In this document: piece by piece, positions 59,427 to 64,000 of the stretch
How positions within the stretch are numbered: the first letter of the stretch is position 1
Layout of the letters: each line of letters starts with the position of its first letter
Virus record (IMG/VR): IMGVR_UViG_3300009488_000018
Coordinates: 32,001 to 96,000 of that record
Direction: 5' to 3' (one strand)
Length of the DNA: 64,000 nucleotides
Source: a virus
Translations under genes and position numbers: made by a program
The notes under the pieces: generated by a model
What the model was told of the DNA's origin: nothing
The model's input: the letters and a program-made list of their open reading frames with translations, nothing else
Database searches by the model: none

Positions 59427-59728
59427 TTCACATACTTCTTCAACCTCTTATGTGTTGTGACACTTTTCTTTACTTCTTTAGGAGTTTTTCCTTTGCCTCG
59501 CCAGTAAGTACTCGCATGTGCTATATCTTTTACTGAAGCACAAAAACCTTCTGGATCTTTCATAGTTCCCTTCATCTTCTCAACGCACTTGTCAAAAAAC
59601 TCTTTTTTTGTTGGGTCGATTGCTAACGACTTCGCAAATTTAATTACACTACCCTTATCCCAACCTCTTGGAAATTTCTTCCAACCAGCTTCTTGTATCT
59701 TTGTTAAGTATCTTTCTAAAATAGTCAT
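59423..59728 (-). CDS. Basic hypothetical protein
   Basis: FFDKCV...DPEGFCA...WRG. Confidence 0.6.
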   Translation of the reverse strand: MTILERYLTKIQEAGWKKFPRGWDKGSVIKFAKSLAIDPTKKEFFDKCVEKMKGTMKDPEGFCASVKDIAHASTYWRGKGKTPKEVKKSVTTHKRLKKYVK

Positions 59729-59801
59729 CTTACTTACCTCTAATTTTTTATTTTGTTCTTACTATATATATTAATAACTGAACATTAATTGGAGGTTTAT
59801 C

Positions 59802-60131
59802 ATGAGAGAAACTCAGATTTTTGGTCTCAGTGACATAGCAAGGGAATTCCTTGAAGAGAACGTAAAACATGTACCTTGTTCTCCATGTCCTCACTGTGGG
59901 AAAATGATGTCAACTCGAATGGATATGGAACAATACGAAGACGCTCGCCATGTTGGAATGTTCGACGATGGACCAATGCTCCATAAGTACACACTGAAAG
60001 ACAACTCTACTGTTAAAGAAATAGTACAAGCATCTCCATGGTCTAGTGGACCTTGTATCTTCTTATGTCTGGAGAGCAAAAGGGGAAAACGGATAGGAGA
60101 GTGGCTTGAAGAGGAAATCAACAAGGCCTAA
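59802..60131 (+). CDS. Hypothetical protein with CPHCG
   Basis: Lone plus-strand gene with its own conserved motif (59763) and terminator. Confidence 0.65.
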   Translation: MRETQIFGLSDIAREFLEENVKHVPCSPCPHCGKMMSTRMDMEQYEDARHVGMFDDGPMLHKYTLKDNSTVKEIVQASPWSSGPCIFLCLESKRGKRIGEWLEEEINKA

Positions 60132-60157
60132 CAAATCTCGTATACTTTTATACGAGT

Positions 60158-60184
60158 AAAAGGAGTTTCTAACTCCTTTTTTTT
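60158..60184. terminator. Intrinsic terminator
   Basis: AAAAGGAGTT-TCT-AACTCCTTTT followed by a T tract. Confidence 0.7.
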
Positions 60185-60194
60185 GTTTTACTCC

Positions 60195-61220
60195 TTAATA
60201 TTTAAAGTCAGGAATTTGTTCCAATCGACAATCATACTCTGTAGGTTTCTTATCCGGTCTCAGTCTTTCAAAAGTAGGATTCGAAAACGTTACTGACATC
60301 CTGTTACCAATAAAAACATATCTTCCTTTAACAAACTTGTACGTTGGAGTAGGTGTAATCCTTACTCGATAGTATTTCATTTGTACAACGATTTTTGGAC
60401 TAACAAGAAAGTCTCCTTTCTCTTCATATAATTTGTTACTCATAATATACTTGAAAAAATCTGCTCGTTTTTTATGAGTAAAACCAGTTCCGATCTTAGA
60501 ACTACTTCGAAAATTTCCATCTTTATCAATAAACGAAGACATAAGATATGATATATGTTTCTTCGGCCAAGCAGGCATTCCAACATTACCAGCACCAATA
60601 ATTGCTAAATCAACAGTTCCTGTCTCTTTAACTTTAATATTACGACCTTTAAGATCTCTTACTACAACTCCCTCAATCCCTGACTTATCTTTTACTTCAG
60701 CAAAAAGTCTCCTAAAAGCTCTCATATCGCCATAAACTATCTTAGGAACATGGACATGTGGAAGACCAATCTTTCCATAGTTCTTCGCTATAAAAGTAAT
60801 TGCCTCTTTAAAATTTAAACGTTTATTTCCAATTGAGTAAACGTCATAAACGTAATGGTGTACTAAATCTTGATGTTGAGGAAGATATGCCGTTTTTACA
60901 ATAGACAAAGTTTGATTAAACGGAAGAATTGTTCTAAACTTCTGAGCAACTAATTCACCAATCAAAATTATGTCTTTAATTCCAAGTTTCTTTAACCAAC
61001 TAGCTTGTTCATATAAAACTGGAGCATCACTCATTACTCCACCACCACTAAATTGAAATACAGGTGGTTTTCCTTCTCGATAAACTAAAGCACCAAGCAT
61101 ACCATCTACTTTTTCTAAAAGGTAAGTATTCGACATACCATAGTATTTAGTCACAAAATCATCGTAAGATACTTCTTTAAAATTAACATGTTTCTTCCAT
61201 AAATCAGCATAATTTTTCAT
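60195..61220 (-). CDS. ATP-dependent DNA ligase
   Basis: EKVDG (motif I), GELV, VYD, EGVV, KVK, OB-fold IGTGF, RLRPDK. Confidence 0.85.
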   Translation of the reverse strand: MKNYADLWKKHVNFKEVSYDDFVTKYYGMSNTYLLEKVDGMLGALVYREGKPPVFQFSGGGVMSDAPVLYEQASWLKKLGIKDIILIGELVAQKFRTILPFNQTLSIVKTAYLPQHQDLVHHYVYDVYSIGNKRLNFKEAITFIAKNYGKIGLPHVHVPKIVYGDMRAFRRLFAEVKDKSGIEGVVVRDLKGRNIKVKETGTVDLAIIGAGNVGMPAWPKKHISYLMSSFIDKDGNFRSSSKIGTGFTHKKRADFFKYIMSNKLYEEKGDFLVSPKIVVQMKYYRVRITPTPTYKFVKGRYVFIGNRMSVTFSNPTFERLRPDKKPTEYDCRLEQIPDFKY

Positions 61221-61256
61221 ATCTTAGTAACCTCACCGAGGTTTTCTTTTCCCTCC

Positions 61257-61949
61257 TCAAGGTTGTCTCTTTCCGAACTTGGTTCTTCCAAGTAATTCTT
61301 TCCTTTTGTCTTTCGGAATTCTTCTTGTTCGTGGACGACTAACACTTGGTGTCAGTTTAAGTAACTGATCTCTAAATTCAATCGCATTTAATGAACAAAA
61401 ACCATAAGCTTCGTCAAGTCTTGTAAAGAAACGATCTATAGGTTCTTTTATTGGCTTTCCAATAATAGACACTGAAAGTTTATAATTCGTAAAATACATT
61501 ATAACTTGATGATTCATATCTTTCTGTTCTTTACTTAAAGACTTATCTCTTATATTCAAAACAAAATGAAAAATCTCATGAAAAAGAACTGTCAAAGCTA
61601 AATGTTTATCTTCTGGAGTTACCATAACTTTTATATCTAACAAACTATGACTCTTTGTATAAGCTACACCAAGAAGATCATTAGCTCGTTCGTCTTTCCT
61701 TCCTACTACTAATATTGTAATTCGCCCTATTAAAGTCGTTAAGTCAATCCGACTAATCTCACACATCTTATCTAAATAATTATCAAAGCTATCTTCTAAG
61801 TAACTACTGTATTGGTCAAATCTTTCGAGAGAGTCTTCTAAAGTAGCCCTAATCTTCTTTTTCCTTCTATATTTTCTTATAACTCTTTCTTCGAACAACA
61901 ATCCAATCGGAATTCCAGTAGTAGTAATCTCTTTAGTCTTATAAATCAT
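61257..61949 (-). CDS. HExxH-containing hypothetical protein
   Basis: VLFHEIFH. Confidence 0.5.
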   Translation of the reverse strand: MIYKTKEITTTGIPIGLLFEERVIRKYRRKKKIRATLEDSLERFDQYSSYLEDSFDNYLDKMCEISRIDLTTLIGRITILVVGRKDERANDLLGVAYTKSHSLLDIKVMVTPEDKHLALTVLFHEIFHFVLNIRDKSLSKEQKDMNHQVIMYFTNYKLSVSIIGKPIKEPIDRFFTRLDEAYGFCSLNAIEFRDQLLKLTPSVSRPRTRRIPKDKRKELLGRTKFGKRQP

Positions 61950-62642
61950 CTAGGAAACCTTTACTGTCGCTTTAAAGGGAGTAAAACCCAAGACGTCACC
62001 ATGGTCTACTTCCATACAACGAAGTCCCCATATTGACAAAGCATGTAAACATACAAAATTACCGCGGAATTTATTTGGAGCTAAGTCAAGATTAGGAATC
62101 CCTGATCGCCGTCTTCCAGCAATCGTATATTTATCCCCTAACCCGCTTTCTCGTAAATGACTTGCTAATAAAACCCTTATAGCGTCAACACTAAATTTCT
62201 TTCCAAAAGTACAAAAAATATGGAAACTTGTTTTCCCAGTATAACGTATCTGGACGTCTCTTACAAAAGGAGCTTTTATCATTGCTTCAAATGTGTCAGT
62301 TGTTGCTATCTTAGCTCGTTTCCAATCATCTGCATCAATATCAATAATCCCAATTTCTTCATAACGTTTCATAGCCGAGTGGACGCTAATTGTCCTCCCA
62401 GTTATTACAGTATCATAGTTTGAATTAGTTAAACGAATGTAGATTGTCTCTTTTGCCCGTCTTCTCACAACTGGTTTATTGACATCTACCATAATAAAGA
62501 ATAATAAGTCTCGACCAGGAACTTCTCGTAGGATAGGACTTTTCACACGCTGGTAATAATTCCATACATCTATTTCTTTTAAACCTTTTCTATAGAAACG
62601 ATTTCTTAAAATAACAGTAGCAGGATGCTCTGGATATGACAT
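61950..62642 (-). CDS. LigD-polymerase-like AEP primase-polymerase
   Basis: HP.TV, D...YY, IDID, TGKTSFH, D...N. Confidence 0.75.
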   Translation of the reverse strand: MSYPEHPATVILRNRFYRKGLKEIDVWNYYQRVKSPILREVPGRDLLFFIMVDVNKPVVRRRAKETIYIRLTNSNYDTVITGRTISVHSAMKRYEEIGIIDIDADDWKRAKIATTDTFEAMIKAPFVRDVQIRYTGKTSFHIFCTFGKKFSVDAIRVLLASHLRESGLGDKYTIAGRRRSGIPNLDLAPNKFRGNFVCLHALSIWGLRCMEVDHGDVLGFTPFKATVKVS

Positions 62643-62717
62643 ATCTTCTTTCTCCCTATTTTTATTTTGTTCTACTATATATATTAATAAATGAATCTAA
62701 TTTTAGGAGGTAGTTTT

Positions 62718-62975
62718 ATGAGCGAATTAACTATTGACTTTGTGATAGACATCCACGATCACATGAAGGTTAGGTACTCTTCGGACGGAGAAATAATTAC
62801 TACGGCGTTCGTAACAAGAGGAGAAGGAAGTAGTGGACTTGTATATTACTTCATGCCTTGCCAAAGAACTGAAGTAAAATCTGTAGAAGTCCATGAACAA
62901 GAACATAACATTAACCATTTTGAAAATGTATTACGAGACCTTCATGACAAACATGTTCGTTTTATCTACTTCTAA
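62718..62975 (+). CDS. Hypothetical protein
   Basis: GGAGG RBS, conserved motif at 62676, downstream hairpin. Confidence 0.6.
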   Translation: MSELTIDFVIDIHDHMKVRYSSDGEIITTAFVTRGEGSSGLVYYFMPCQRTEVKSVEVHEQEHNINHFENVLRDLHDKHVRFIYF

Positions 62976-63033
62976 ATGTACTCAAACAGGAGTACTAAAA
63001 ATATTAGAGAGTTCTACTTTCTAATATTTTTTG

Positions 63034-63909
63034 TTAATAGTCAGTTGTAATTGTTAAATGAAACGGGTTAGAACATTCTTTACGTCGTAACCAAAGCCAT
63101 GAATCAATATCGGAAACTGTCCAACCAACCAATATAGAAAGCAGTTTACTAACAATAATTGTCGCAGCTCTAATCTCACATTCTTCTAACGAGTGTTTTG
63201 GAATTAAAACATGATTACCAATCTTATTCTTCAAGTCTTCAGAATATATAATACATTTGTAATGTTCTAACATCTTTGGAACTTGATAATCTGCTGGGAT
63301 TGGTAAAGACTGAATTGATTCTGGATACCAACCAAACCTTCTATTTAATTGAATAAAAAACAATGAAGCACGTTTTAGAAACATATCAGAAGCATAACCT
63401 GGAATTGTCCTAACAAGTGTTTCAAAAGGTTTATAAACAAACTCCTGGTCTTTAAGGATTTCTCGGATAACATCTGTTGAACTATCAGCAGCTTCAAGAA
63501 GATGTTTAGCCCTCTCTTCTAAAAGAGGAAATCTATATTCTGATAACAAACAAACATATTCGTCAATTACCTCTGTATCGGGAGTCTTTTCAGGAAACTT
63601 TTCGAAAGTTTCTTCTAATAATTTATACATCATATTTGAATCTGAACCACTCGGTCTAATATTATATTTCCCGTACCAATAACAATAGTTTATTGAATTC
63701 CCCAACAACTCCATAAAAACTAACTTCTTAACTGCTTTGGGTTCAAGTTCAAGTGGGTCAACTTCTGTTCCAAAACCAAACTTATTAACTCCAGTATCTT
63801 TCATCACTTGAGCAACTTCAGGTATTGTATCATAATCAATTGTTACATGTTTTGGATCTTTTATAAACTCTTTCGAAATTTCAAATACTGAATTAATGAT
63901 ACTCATCAT
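63034..63909 (-). CDS. Queuosine-salvage nucleotide N-glycosylase family (DUF2419/Qng1-like)
   Basis: INYCYW, PLLEER, FLKRASL, ADYQVPKML, E.EIRAA, D.WLW, HLTITTDY. Confidence 0.85.
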   Translation of the reverse strand: MMSIINSVFEISKEFIKDPKHVTIDYDTIPEVAQVMKDTGVNKFGFGTEVDPLELEPKAVKKLVFMELLGNSINYCYWYGKYNIRPSGSDSNMMYKLLEETFEKFPEKTPDTEVIDEYVCLLSEYRFPLLEERAKHLLEAADSSTDVIREILKDQEFVYKPFETLVRTIPGYASDMFLKRASLFFIQLNRRFGWYPESIQSLPIPADYQVPKMLEHYKCIIYSEDLKNKIGNHVLIPKHSLEECEIRAATIIVSKLLSILVGWTVSDIDSWLWLRRKECSNPFHLTITTDY

Positions 63910-64000
63910 TCACACCTCCACTCCAATTCAAAAATTTATTTATAGTATGTTCTATCTATATATATTAATATCTGAACGAGAAAGAGTAGATTGTAACTAA

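Noticed and set aside
14712-63974. Archaeal virus, suggested by TATA-like motifs and an archaeal-looking thymidylate synthase
   Set aside because: bS21, GroES, GGQ release-factor domain, OMP barrel, PilX and bacterial-type long-arm tRNA-Tyr indicate a bacterial host
1-64000. Genome-wide TAG recoding (genetic code 15)
   Set aside because: Long conserved genes are intact under the standard code and several end at TAG where the domain ends; no fragmentation is seen in this window
1-64000. CRISPR array or other regular repeat-spacer array
   Set aside because: No run of identical repeats with constant-length spacers found by eye

Overview
AT-rich 64-kb segment of a large, T4-like tailed bacteriophage genome. 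The host is probably a Gram-negative bacterium, judging from bS21, GroES, an outer-membrane beta-barrel and a PilX-like gene. All calls come from motifs read by eye, with no database searches. The left arm (minus strand) carries a gp20-like portal, an acidic scaffold-like protein, a DnaB/gp41 helicase, a TGT/DpdA-like protein, a thymidylate synthase-family enzyme, GroES, bS21, QueE and a UDG-family-4/PolB fusion. The centre (about 20-50 kb, plus strand) is an accessory region holding most of the 31 apparently intact tRNA genes, which cover all 20 amino acids and include an amber (CUA) suppressor and tRNA-Ile(UAU). It also holds several candidate ncRNAs closed by long stems, a Type IIG-like R-M gene next to an EVE-nuclease, and an integrase-less array of integron-like (attC) gene cassettes. 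The right arm carries dCMP deaminase, QueC, a Qng1/DUF2419-like protein, a glycosyltransferase, an ATP-dependent ligase and a LigD-like polymerase. The top candidate novel system is a leader ORF with two in-frame UAG codons followed by an RGPP stalling-like motif. That motif pairs with the RBS of an operon encoding a peptidyl-tRNA-hydrolase-like protein, and the amber suppressor tRNA lies at the end of the same block.
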